NCBI RefSeq assembly: GCF_964355755.1
Contig: NC_092676.1
Coordinates: forward strand, 18,370,871 to 18,434,870
Reading direction: 5' to 3'
Length of the DNA stretch: 64,000 nt
Origin: Antedon mediterranea
Taxonomy: Eukaryota; Animalia; Echinodermata
Below the pieces are notes generated by a model. The model was given only the letters and a program-made list of their open reading frames with translations. It ran no database searches and was not told the DNA's origin. Shown in pieces: positions 26,160 to 38,500 of this stretch; positions within the stretch are counted from its first letter, which is position 1, and the number at the start of each line of letters is the position of its first letter. A program made the position numbers and the translations under genes.

Positions 26160-27264
26160 CTGAAAAGGAAAAAAAAATACCATTATCATTTATCATTATC
26201 GGGGGAATTGATATAAGCCTACTAAACTTTGTTTTTTTATTTTATTTATTTAACAATTTTATATTACTGATCTATTTATTATATCATATTGTACTTCTAT
26301 ACGCATTGAACAATGGAAATGATGTTTCAACTAATCAGTATTATTATCATCTTTTCAAAATTATTAAATATTTGGCTCATTGATGGTCCGCTAAACAAGA
26401 GTGTTCTTGTATAACCTTGTATAAAAAAACATTGTATAGACATTTTAAAAATGAATACACAAAATTAACAATAATTATATTGTCTACATACAAGTAATGA
26501 TCAATAACTAACATATGGAAGCATAACATATAGTCGAGCAATCACGTTATCGATAGGCTATTTAATATTACATGATAATTAAAAAAATAATAATAAAAAT
26601 ATAATTTAAAAATATAAATATACCTTGACAAGTACCAAAACCAAGTATGTGAATAACGATGCCTTTATCGTTTTGTTCTTTTCTGTAGTTTTCGTAGAAA
26701 CACCTGTTAATAGTAATATAGAATAAGTAATAACAATAATGAATGCATTGAGTACAGACTGTACTACAACGTAATACAACTTTCAAGATACGTGTTCACA
26801 CGAACTCTGAGTCTTTCTCTCCCCCTAAAACGTTTTTATTTCCGTAATTTTGACACTATGCTTTCCACGATTTGCTTCCGTATTTTTAAAATCTTTTTTT
26901 TATTTGGTTGTTTATCCCGTTTTCTTTTGGTCTTAGTAGTGGTCTTTTTTAAACTTTCTTTTTAGTTTCTTTCATTGATTAATTGGTGTAATAGTCTAAT
27001 TATGTGCCCATACAATTTTAATATTCTTCTTTTAATTCTTTTACCTCATTCTTCTTGTTTTGATTGACCTGTTATTATCTATATTATTTTCTTTCACCTA
27101 AACAGTTCATTTATTAAATTTAGCTTACTGAAGGATACCAATATGCATATTAATTCTAATGACCGTATTATATAATAATAAATGAAAGAAATGACGTAAT
27201 CATATGAGCATTATTCAAGATGGTGCTACTGTACTTATATCGACCAACACCTCCCAACACTCGT

Positions 27265-27372
27265 GCTTGGTTCCCAGTAGGACGCAACGCGAGCGTGTTG
27301 ACCAAATAAATCCATCGCTTGTGATTGGTTAAATCCTTTACGTTGCATTACGTCGTTGTGTTGCGTCTATAG
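27265..27372. mobile_element. MITE family B, truncated copy
   Basis: gcttggttcccagtaggacgcaacgc...cgcttgtgattggtt...cgttgtgttgcgtc. Confidence 0.55.
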
Positions 27373-27540
27373 AATTGCAATCATTAAACCCACTGATAAA
27401 GGTTCTGCCACTGTTGCTATGGACATCAAATTTTATGAAGAGGATTCCTTAAGACAGCTAAACAATCCTCTTCATTATCGTAAACTTACAACGGATCCCA
27501 CCCCAGAAATTGCGGATAAGGTGGCCAAATTGTTTGATCT
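27373..27540 (+). mobile_element. Penelope-like retroelement RT fragment
   Basis: Translates IIKPTDKGSATVAMD...LRQLNNPLHYRKLTTDPT, the conserved I.PADKG..VVMD...Y..L..DPT N-terminal RT motif of PLEs. Confidence 0.75.
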
Positions 27541-28077
27541 TTTTGTTAGGGTTACATGCTTAAAGCACTTGTGCTTATTTTGTATCCCATTCCATTATCT
27601 TATTATTTGTATTGTATTTGTATATGTTTTTATTTTGATTATGGAATAAAAATGTCGATGAATTGAATTGAAATCTGTTTCTATGATGGTAAAAAAAAAC
27701 ACTTCAGAACGGTAAAATTATTCCATTGACTACCAACATTTAAGTCAATATTAACTAAGCTGTTTTTTTAGTTTCATTCCAAAATTGTTTATATCTCTAC
27801 CAAGCTACCTTTTTTGTTTTCTACTCTTATTCAGACTCCACCCTGTCTTTTTTGTCTATATCTTAATATATATATTTGTATGTGTCTTAATGCTGTGTGT
27901 GATTATAGGCATATTTCACAAGAATGTGTATGCGAATTTGGTGTAATTGTTATGTAACCAGCCTTTCAACTAACAATAGATTCTGACTAACAATAGAACA
28001 GCAACGCCAAAAACAAAAGTATCAAAAACCTGTATATTAAAATGAAAATAGTAGCAACTCATGAAAAAAATTAAATT

Positions 28078-28840
28078 ACTTGAGCAAGCACATACTAACA
28101 TTTTAGCGAAAAGCGAGCTTGAATAACCGAGATACACTCTGTTGAATATGATAACCTACAACAAAGGATACAAATCCTAATTTTTAAATTCAAGTGGCCA
28201 TTTGATGACGTCACGTAATTTTTTACGCCTAATGTGTACATGAATGCATATCTACAACTCAATGACTACCAGAATTGGGGGTCACCGTGCATTCTGAAAA
28301 ATTATTTTCATTTTAAAAATTCCTTATTTTTAACCATTTTTAGCACTTTTGTGCAAATGTGCGCATTTTGTCATTTTTAACCTTCTCGTTATTTTAAGTC
28401 GGAATGGACTCAAATTTGGTGAATGTACTAAGGATTGTGAGTAGAATGTAATTTATACATCAAATTTTATTTTTTACGCTTTCTAGGAATCGCGTGCACA
28501 AAAACGTCTTTTTGCGCAGTCATTTTTTTGAAACACGCAAATAGCCTAATTCATGCTCTAATGATCAAAACTTAATTTTTAGCTTTTTAAATTTTTAACT
28601 CGCGATTGCACGCGCATGGCCTTACGTGCGCGTGCGTTTTTATTTGCTAATATTTTTACCCTTGACCTGAAGTTTACGTGTAGTGAATTTCATTAATATG
28701 TGATAATGAATTATGGAGATATGATTGATAATGTGATTTCACAAAATGGCGTATAAATGACGTCACGGATTGCGCTGAAAAATTAGTACTAAGTTAAAGT
28801 ATTTGAAAAACATTGGGAAATTGTTGTGAATATTGTCATT
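28078..28840 (-). mobile_element. Probable Helentron-like non-autonomous repeat
   Basis: Terminal hairpin (caagc..gcttg) next to acttga, tgacgtcac motifs and ggactcaaatttggtg-type internal sequence. Composition differs from the flanks. Boundaries are approximate. Confidence 0.3.
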
Positions 28841-29885
28841 CAACTTTTTGAGATAATTGACAGACAAAATCTGTAGAGAAAGAAATAAATAATATTGATT
28901 TCATACAATAACAATAGGTAATCATTATAACCCTTGCCTCTTGTACAAAAATGAAGTTTTTTGGACAAGGAGTTCTCGAGAAAAAGCAATTTCAGTTTAC
29001 TTGTCACATTAAGACTCTTTACCGGCTTTTGAAAATTAAAATATCTTTTAACACTAGCCGGTCTAAAAATAATATCATTTGTGTTATCTATATATAAATT
29101 TACGTAAGGGCAAAATTCGGTAAATCGCGCCTTCTTCGAACATTCGGTACTGATTTTAACCACCTGATGTAACTCTGTTTACTAATTAAATTGAGTTAGA
29201 TAATTAGTTAATGACGAATTATATATTAAAACGAATTTAGGTTCAACGTTTTGCCCCAAATAGGAGTGTTTCCAATCGTGGCATACACTGTCTAATGGAT
29301 GTCCATCCTAAAAAATACCCGCACACAATAATACGAGGATGTTTCGCATTTTCCTATCTTCTCCTACGATAATTGTTTTTAATAGCCGAAAACCGGTTGA
29401 ACAGAATCATAATGTTGAAGATTTTCTTAAAGAATACTATTTTGATAGATTTAATATACGTTTATACAAACGTTTTTTCAATCTGTGCTACAGTGGTTGG
29501 ATATAGTTTTTTTAACGGATGAGCTAGCGTTTTCAGTCGCCGTCTATATGTACAAAACTTTATTATTGCAGTTAAACCACCCAAGCATGACATGACTGAG
29601 TAGCGTTGTAGGCCTACGGTACGAAGGATCACATGCCCTAAACGCAAAACAACTTTGGTGGGTACGAACCAATCTAAGTATGAATTGGCTCTAAAAAACA
29701 ATTGAAAACCATTAGGCCTACTAATTAAGTTGAGTTAGATAATTAATATTTATTGACGATTAAAGCGAATTTATGATTTGCCCCGAATAGAGGTGGTTTT
29801 CATAAATTGTTTTACATTATATAAACATAGGCCTACAAATAAACTTTATTACTGACAGTTGCTTCTTACCGTTTGTATTAATTAA

Positions 29886-31222
29886 TCTATATATAAATTT
29901 AGTAAGGGCAAAATTCGGTAAATCGCGCCTTACTTCTAGAATTTGTACTCGATGGTATATAAAGTTGGTTCGTACTTTCGGTACTGATTTTAGCCACCTG
30001 ATGTAACCCTGTTTACTAATTAAATTAAGTTAGATAATTAGTTATTGACGATTAAAACGAATTTAGGTTCAACGATTTGCCCCAAATAGGGGTGTTTTCC
30101 GATCGTGGTATACACTGTCTAATGGATGTCCATCTTGAAAAATACCCGATACAAAAATGCGAGGAGGCTTCGCATTTTCCTATCTCCTCCTACGATAATT
30201 GTTTTTAATAGCTGAAAACCGGTTGAACAGCTAGAGTACACCATCATAATGTTGAAGACAGGCCGATTTTCTTAAAAAAATACTATGTTGATAGATTTAA
30301 TATATGATTATACAAATGTATTGATTTGCGATGAATGGAACATCCCAATCTCTCAGTCTGCCAGAGTTTGGTTTAACACAAGTAGGTAAATTTATGAGCC
30401 CTTGGCTTAACACATACGGTAGGTAAATATATGGGCCCTTTGAGAATAAACTTGCAATACTTTGACAATACTGTAAATACCCATTAACTATTTTTAGTCC
30501 TCATTTGAATCGAACATTTCCTACTGTGAATGTTCGTACTGTAGATGTAATATAAAAATATATACAGATAAACTTTATTACTGAGATTGTGGATAGGATC
30601 TACTGTTAGATATATAAACACATTATTATATACAAATAAACTTTATACTGACAGTTCCTTCTCAACGTTTGTATTAATTAATAATTACCAATAAAATAAA
30701 CGTCGTAGTGGTGTATCGTGACATGTACTTTAATATTTCAATCGATTATGACAGTGACAGTTTTAACAAAGTATTAAATCGCAAATGTTTTACTGTATTT
30801 AGAGGTATATTATTTATAGGCCTATAAAACACAAAAAAAAATATTTCGTTACTGAGTGGATAAAGAATATATTTAAAAATTGTTCTTCTTTGTACCTATC
30901 CGCTTTCCCATCCCTCAACCCTAATATAAAAAAAACCCATACAAAACACAAATTGGGTTTCTTTAAATGAGTCCAAATCAAAAATTTGGACTCATTTTGT
31001 GATAATTTTCTCCTTCGGAAGTAATTCCCAGAGTGGTAATTTTAGTTGACTACATAAATCATCGTGTCTATTTATTCGTTTCTGTAAACGACAATGTATT
31101 ATAGTCCTGCGGTACGTACATTTTAAATCGCCAGTTTTGTGACGTTGAAATTACTGTGTATTCGAGAACCATCTGTGGGCACGACCTAGATGGTACGCGA
31201 GCGAAGCGAGCGTACCATTTAG
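29886..31222 (+). mobile_element. Non-autonomous Helitron (inner, nested copy)
   Basis: 5' a|TCtatatataaattt. 3' hairpin atggtacgcgagcgaagcgagcgtaccat followed by TTAG|t. A|T insertion site with no TSD. Confidence 0.75.
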
Positions 31223-31409
31223 TACTGTAAAATTAAACGTCGTAGTGATGTATCGTTATAATGTACTGTACTATTTCAATCGACTATTACGGTGACAGTT
31301 TCAACAAAGTATCACATCGCAATTTTTAAGGTGTTTAGTGGTATATTATTTGTAAAACATGAAAACAATTTCGTTACTAAATGGATAAAGAATATATTTA
31401 AAAAGTATT

Positions 31410-31932
31410 CCTCTTTAGAATACGCGGTTCCCGTTTGGGGAACCTGTGTTAACGAATCTCAGAGTAAGCAATTGGAGCCAATTCAACGTACAGTTTTGGA
31501 GATTATTTTGCCTGGGGTCAGCTATGAGTGTGCTAGAACATGTCTGAATATCCCACTCCTGTCAGAAAGGAGCACCCGGCTACGCATGAATTATTTTCAA
31601 AAATTAAGATTATCGTCTCATTAGACGTAAATATCAATTTCCTCTCCCTAAATTAACTAACTTTGGCCTCTTTAATTCCTGGTAGTGTATCCCTGTACAC
31701 GGGTGCCCCTTTCTGACTTGAGTTGTTATTAAGAGTTTTTATTTTGTATTTTTCCGTTTTTAATTTTGTCCTTTTCTAATTGTATTGTATTTTGCTTGAT
31801 GTATATGTATTTTTCTAAAAATTACTTATATTTTTATGCATACGATTTATATATTTTTATATATTTATTTTTGTTAAACTTTTTTAATGTATTTTGAAAT
31901 TGCAATAAACTTTCCTCGTATCGTATCGTATC
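31410..31932 (+). mobile_element. 5'-truncated LINE (CR1/L2 group) 3' end
   Basis: Translates LEYAVPVWG..QSKQLEPIQRTVLEIILPGVSYECA...LSER, typical of sequence C-terminal to the RT domain. Followed by a T-rich 3'UTR, aataaa and a (tatcg)n tail. Confidence 0.75.
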
Positions 31933-32099
31933 TTTTTTTGAGTACATAAATCACCGTGTCCACCATTTATTCGTTTCTGTAAACGAATGTTATTGTCCTG
32001 AGGTACGTACATTTGAAATTGCCATTTTTTTTAATGCTGACATTACTATGTATTCGAGAAGAGATGGTACGTGAGCGAAGCGAGCGTACCATCTAGTTT

Positions 32100-32310
32100 G
32101 TGAAATTATTACTAAACCAATTTTCTTGAATTCCAATAGGCATGGTCTGTAGGTCGAAGTATATACCTACCTACACCGAAAAATCCAGAATGATAACTTG
32201 GGAATTGTAGGCGTTATCGTGCTAACAAACATACATACACACAAACATACATACAAAGAAAAAAGTTTGCCAAGTAACAAACGCGTTCGACTGTTTGGTG
32301 ATGAAGAGAT
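32100..32310 (-). repeat. HINE-like repeat fragment
   Basis: Minus strand: T-run, (tgta/tgtt)n microsatellite, then gttagcacgataac...ggattttt, typical of Helentron-associated repeats. Confidence 0.35.
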
Positions 32311-32441
32311 AATAATGATTATTATATGAAATTGTTATGAATATGATGATTTAAGAAGATCAATATTGATTGATGACACAGTGGCGACTATGATATTATT
32401 GATAACAAAACTATATGGCTACCTGTAAGTGTGTCTATAAC

Positions 32442-33783
32442 TCATCTACTGTACCTGTTAGTTGATTCAAGCAGGTCATCTGAACAAACGGGTCTATGAA
32501 CAAACGAAGTACAGGTAAACGTTCGAGTACTGCATTCCGGTTTATTGTTCAGTATCATACATTGTTCATATGTGTCACAGTGATGGCCTGGTTCAAAACA
32601 TGCATCTTAAACATAGAATATAATAGACAAATAAATGTATACGTCGTAAAAATATAATAACGTACGCTAGAGTACTGGTAAGTAGAAAAGTTAGTCAGTC
32701 TTTAAAAAAATATTAACGCAGTAGTCGATAGTCTGTGATGAGCTCGTATATCATTATTATAAATACTGTATAGAATTGGATATAGTTTATTTGGTAGATA
32801 ATTGTCTGCGAGAAACACGAGAGAATGTACTATCAAATAGATGATATACTGAAGACTACAAGGCCTACACAATACAAGAGCGAAAAGCTGCGATTGTCAG
32901 CAGACAAAAATAGAGCTCACGACCGATATACTCGTTTGGTTGGCCAGTTTTCGCTTCGCAAAAAGTAGTAACTACCACTTCTGCTGAAGCAATAAAGTTT
33001 TATATAATTTGTCGCAGAAATTTAAAAGATGGAAGATGAATACGAATGCGTATAAGCAGACGCATTCAATTCGCGCAAACAAAATCACCTAGTGATAAAC
33101 AAGCTTTTCCTACCTTCACAAATACCCTGATTTGTGTTACCCCTGGGTGCTGTGCAATAGAGCCCCTGTTCACATTCACCGGTCGTACCACATGCGTCTC
33201 CTGCTCTTAGACCACAGAAACAGTAACATTCACCTTCTCTTGAAAGCAACTTTGGAATTTGAGTTCCATTTGTTGGTGGTTTGCAGTGACACACCTACAT
33301 AAAAACAAATATGATAGGCCTACCGGTATTCTTTCATTTGAATTAGTTTATTGCCAATTGAGTAGCAACATCAAAGAACATTCCATGCGCAATATTACAA
33401 AAAAAAACAAAACTAAAGGCTTCAGGGGTGCAAATTAAATAAACGCGTTAAAGATGAGATGAGGAAAAATGAACCTACTATCCTGGCTCATTAGGCTACT
33501 AGTGCTTTTTGGATTAAACCCGACATTTCATCTATCGGCACATCGGCAAAATAATTAATATAAATTTCTAGAGACAAATAAACTTACACTAAATAGACAG
33601 TAGGCCTATAAATCTACAGGAAACTACGATATAAGCGCAGTAATATAGGCCTACAGAAACGATTGACAAAAATCGTGTAAAGATCGAAACAAAAATACTT
33701 ACTGGGCATATATCGAAGGGTTTGGCACCAGTGCAGGCAATTAGACCCAAAACGCACGCGACAAAAAGCGTCCTCATCATCAT
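32442..33783 (-). CDS. Small secreted cysteine-rich protein: signal peptide + IGFBP N-terminal-like domain + degenerate follistatin/Kazal module (~141 aa)
   Basis: Exons 33783-33703 (MMMRTLFVACVLGLIACTGAKPFDICP), 33294-33114 (VCHC..GECYCFCGLRAGDACG..CEQGLYC..GICE) and 32605-32442 (DACFEPGHHCDTYEQCMILNNKPECSTRTFTCTSFVHRPVCSDD..RYSR*). Phases 0 and 1 are consistent. The 3' end may instead splice at 32455. Confidence 0.75.
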
Positions 33784-35500
33784 CTTGCCTTTCTATGATT
33801 TACATGAAGAAACTGCGTTTTAGTTGATCGCCAGTCTCAACGATAATGAACAATTTGAAAGTACGTGTAAAGTTGTTCAAACGCTAAACGAACACATGTT
33901 GACTTGTAAATAAACAGTGTTATCGATCACATTATTTCAACATTACATTTCCTTCGGCTATCAGATGATAATTAGCAATTCGATCTGTATTGATGATTAA
34001 TAACCCGGATGCCAGTGGCAATTCATCGTACTAAACTTTTCCACGAGATATTAAATCCATTTGCGTTGGGTACGGTAATACGGTACCGTGCGCAAATTTA
34101 TGATATAATGTTTCTAAGATAAATTGTGGGAAAACCCTGCGCAACAAAAAAAAAGCACAAAAGAAAACTCTCCAGCGATCCTATCATTTTATTTACAATG
34201 CATGTTCCGTTTACATTTGTTGACGTATTTCTTAAAACATTAATTTTATCGGTTTCGTTTTTGCATTGTAGGTCCTACTTCATTGTACCGTCGTAAACTT
34301 TACACAAGAAATTTCTCTATACTTTGTGCTCGACATAAGCCGAGGGCCCGCGCCGTTTTGAAAACCCATAACAGGCGGGTTTAATAGGTAAGGTATGGTT
34401 TAAAAATTATAATGCAAAATATTCTTCTGTACTTCATTTAGGTCCTAGCGTACCAAAACTCCGCCGCCCAATTTCATTTGTGGTCGCTGCTCCAAAATTG
34501 TGGAACTTTTTGCCTTTGGTGATTCGAATGTTCGATCTCCAAAGCTCAATTGAAGATTCACTTGTTTCGTTCTGTGTCAAATTCGTTATTTGTTTCTTAT
34601 ACATTTTACATGTTATTGTTTGTTAGGCAGGACAGTCAGATGCAGCTCACATCATTATGACACTTGTGAATAAATAGCTAGCTTGATTTGACAAGTTAGT
34701 GAAACAGTGTAGTGATGTGAGATTCCATTTTCGGACTTTTTGCTGTTGTCAACTAACTTGTCCATTTTTACACTTGTCCTAAACAGCGCATAAAGGCTAT
34801 TTGTATTTTGCGCTATATAAATGTAAAACCATTAACCACTTCAAAATCTAAAATCAACATAGTCCTGATAATATTAGCATTAATTTCCGTATTCCAAAAT
34901 GTTTGGGATGTCCATCCCCGAAAAGAAAAACTGGCGACGCCCATGCGGAGTTATGGATTTTATTTTTGAGGTCTAATATTGACGGATATATACGTAAGCA
35001 AGTTTCGGAATTGATTTTTATGTAAGGATACATATTTGCTAAATTGATTACAACGTCATTTCCCCAAACAGGTGTTTGTGACAATAAGGCCAAGTATCTG
35101 TATTTTTATTTCCAAATAAGGAAATTGTTTGCACAGACAGGATAATGTACAACCTAGGATTAATAGTAAAAAAAGTTGCAACCACAGAATTTGTGTGAAC
35201 TCTTACATTGTTTTCATGTCAAAAAGATGTTTACTGAAATGAGATTACGGATTGCTGCAATGTTAAACCTCACCTAAATTGATTATTTACATTAACAAAT
35301 AGTTCAGTTGATTTCATAAAAAATGCCCTTTCACACCCGGAAGCGCAAAACGAAAACAAGTTTGGTACAGGTAGTAACTGGATCTCGAACTCCATATCTT
35401 GTATCACCTCCACTAAAAACTAGTCTTTTTGATGTTTTTTTCTTAAATTTAATTATTTATATAAATATTACTTTCGTTATATAAATATTACTTCCATTGT

Positions 35501-38500
35501 TCAAGATTTTGTTTCAGTTTTCTTGGCAGAAGTTGTAGGTGTTGGCTGTTGTTCACTGTCTAAGGTCTTTAGTAATCGAAAGAGTCCAGCTGCTTCTCGT
35601 ATATGACTAAATTCAATGCAGAATGCTTGCATCTCAATAAACAAATCCTACCAAATACATGACAAAAATATGTATTACAGAAGCCAATATAGTAGAACTT
35701 CTATCAAGGGGACAGACACCTTTGGTTTCTAAAGCAGGTACTTTTAATGGATGTCCTCTGAATAAAGGCCAATTTACACAGACGAGCGGTAACGGTAAGC
35801 GGAAAAACCACATAGCTTGTCCCACGTAGAATCTGTTTTTATCGTGAGCGGAAACCTACCATCGGCCCCGCGTTGTGTGTAAATGATCATAAGGAATAAC
35901 ATAGATTTATAGAGATATATATACTTTTATTACTGCTCGTCTGTGTAAATTGGCCTTAAACGTATATTGCCCTTCGTCCCTTTCATATTACAATCATAGA
36001 CCTTTAAAAGGTCTATGTTAGAATAAGGATGTCCGCTGAACAGAAGTGTCCCAAAGAATTTAGTTATTTGCCTCCTAAACTTTAATTTGGTCAAATGTTT
36101 GATTTGAACTAATTGTAAGTAAACTTGGTTAATTAATATCTTTAGTCTGCTTAAGTTGACAAGAAAAACATCAATAATCAGGAATTGGTATTAAGAAACT
36201 GGAAATTACTGAATTATCATAAAAATTATAAAATTAAATACCTTAACATTGATGACTTTATTTCTAATCAAAGACTGAAGAAAAACACAGACCTATAACA
36301 GAAATGCTATTGTTATATTTTATTGTTCAAAACAAGGATTAAACTCTGTCTACACTATCAAACTAGTTAGTGATATGACATCATCATATATGGGCACATC
36401 ACATTTTTTGTCACACAAAGTTTGATAGTGTGGACAGAGCTTCAGTGCATTAAAAGAAAATTGTGGGCATGCAGTGAAGTTGTGATGTGATTTCCCACTC
36501 TATTTCTTGACACCGCTTTTAACCCTTGACCTCAATATGTTAATGAATTGTGGGTGTATACTTATTCACAAACTATTTAGATTTATCAATCAATAAGTAT
36601 TGAACATTTTAGAAATTTGAAACTGTTTTTCGAGACAATTTTAAATATTATCAGCTGTGCAAATAAAGACTTCATATTGACAACTTTCACAAATCAATAA
36701 AAATCAATCCAGCGAATACAGTATTTCCAAGGGTATTGCAAAATTTCATAAACGTTTTATAATTGTAAATTTATTTTGTGTCAAGGAGAAAGTAATTGGC
36801 CAGATGTTTTGCTCTAATCTACAAAGGTACCCCCCAGAATGCAACTACCACTCTATTGGCAGAATACCTGTTAAGGCCCATTTACACTAAGGCGATAACG
36901 ATCTACGATAAAAAGATAAATATGCATTTTTCATACCTAAAACAAAAGAATTAAGAAAGTTTTCATCCTAGAACTATAGGATTATCATCTATGCTGCCTT
37001 TGATAAAAATAATATTTCCACACGTCCAATCAAATGACGTCATGATTAGTAAGAGCAATAATATCGTTACAATACAATTATGATTTTATTGTTTTTGACA
37101 TCATTTGATTGGTTTTTCAAAAATAATATTTTTATCAAATACAGCATACATGATTATCTTACAGTTCTAGAACAAAAACTTTTCTAATTTCTTTCGTTTC
37201 ATCTAAGAAAAATTTTTATTCATTTATTTATCGTTATCGCCCTAGTGTAAATGGGCCTTTTTTCCATTGGACTGAAATCCAACAGCGCAAGCTCAGTGGT
37301 CTAGAGGAATGAATACCAGGCTGGTGATTCGGAGGTAGTGGATTCAAGTCCCACCGAGAATTTTTTCTTCTCAATAACTTACATAAGAACATTTTGTATC
37401 ATCAATCGGAATCATTGCTTTATGCATATTTTATGAAGTATTTAAAAACTTACTAATCGTACTAATCTGTTCTGCATGTACTTGTCACGAATTGTCTCGC
37501 ATGTTGAGATACAGTTAGAAATATAAAGGTGTACAAACTCTTGTGGTAATTCAACAGCCTGCAAATTATTAAATGGATGATTAAATATAACCACCATTCT
37601 AACATTAATTTATATCTATTATAATTTATAATTGAGACATGACACTTTACACAATTTTATGCCAATTTCTCTAGTTATAGTCAGGATGGTTTTGTATTTT
37701 TTTCCGCATAATTTTCAATTTTATTATCCATGTAGATTACAAAGAGTAATTCATTTTCATACTTTTTTGCTTCTTAACATCAATAGTTGAATGTGAAATA
37801 GTAAGGATAATTTCTAGCCAGCCTAACCACTTCTTGTTGGTATGCAGATACCCTACCATAAGCTCACCAGGACTTTCATATTATAAACCCTCCCACACTT
37901 TCAATATAATATTTATTCGGCAAAAGTTCTTAAAAGTATGTTTTACTTTTTATCATGCCAGGAGCAAGAAATAGGCATGAGCCCAAACAGAAAACTGCTC
38001 TTATTACCAATACAGTATATAATTAAAATTTGTTTGATACTTTAAAGTTAATTTTAAATAGTCGTTTTTTATTCATATTCCGCATAGCAATTTGACCTCC
38101 TGTCATGCTTTGCTGGTCAGATACAAAACAGAAGACCTAGGCAAGTTTACATCTTTCACTCTCTGCGGGTGAAATCATATATTGCAGGCAACGGTTGTAC
38201 ACTGCATAGTCTGTGGGAGGTGTTTTATTATCCAATGAGAAGCGTTCTAATATAGACATTTGGTTTGTGTCATTGCAGGGCCTTGCATCATCAAAACTAA
38301 TTAAAAATACTGTTTCAATTTTTACTAACCTACATTTCTACCCCATATACTTAGCTACGACCTTGACTTACATTCGTTAATCTGTTAACTACTTCCATAG
38401 AATGCAATGACATTTCCATGTTGACAAGAACCGAGAAATATTCTGTAATCTGATTTGATTGCATCAACTTAAGGAGTACTTCAATTGCAATCAACGGATT

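Larger units (their letters stand above)
29087..32096 (+). mobile_element. Non-autonomous Helitron (outer copy), interrupted by a second copy and a LINE fragment
   Basis: 5' a|TCtatatataaattt. 3' hairpin agatggtacgtgagcgaagcgagcgtaccatct ending in CTAG|t. Segments 29087-29885, 31223-31410 and 31935-32096 are collinear with the inner copy. Confidence 0.75.

Noticed and set aside
32170-32222. AG..GT-bounded candidate extra exon for the secreted-protein gene
   Set aside because: Lies within a HINE-like repeat and does not complete the Kazal motif.
37290-37360. Functional tRNA gene
   Set aside because: Acceptor and anticodon stems do not pair cleanly. Kept only as a tRNA-like pseudogene.
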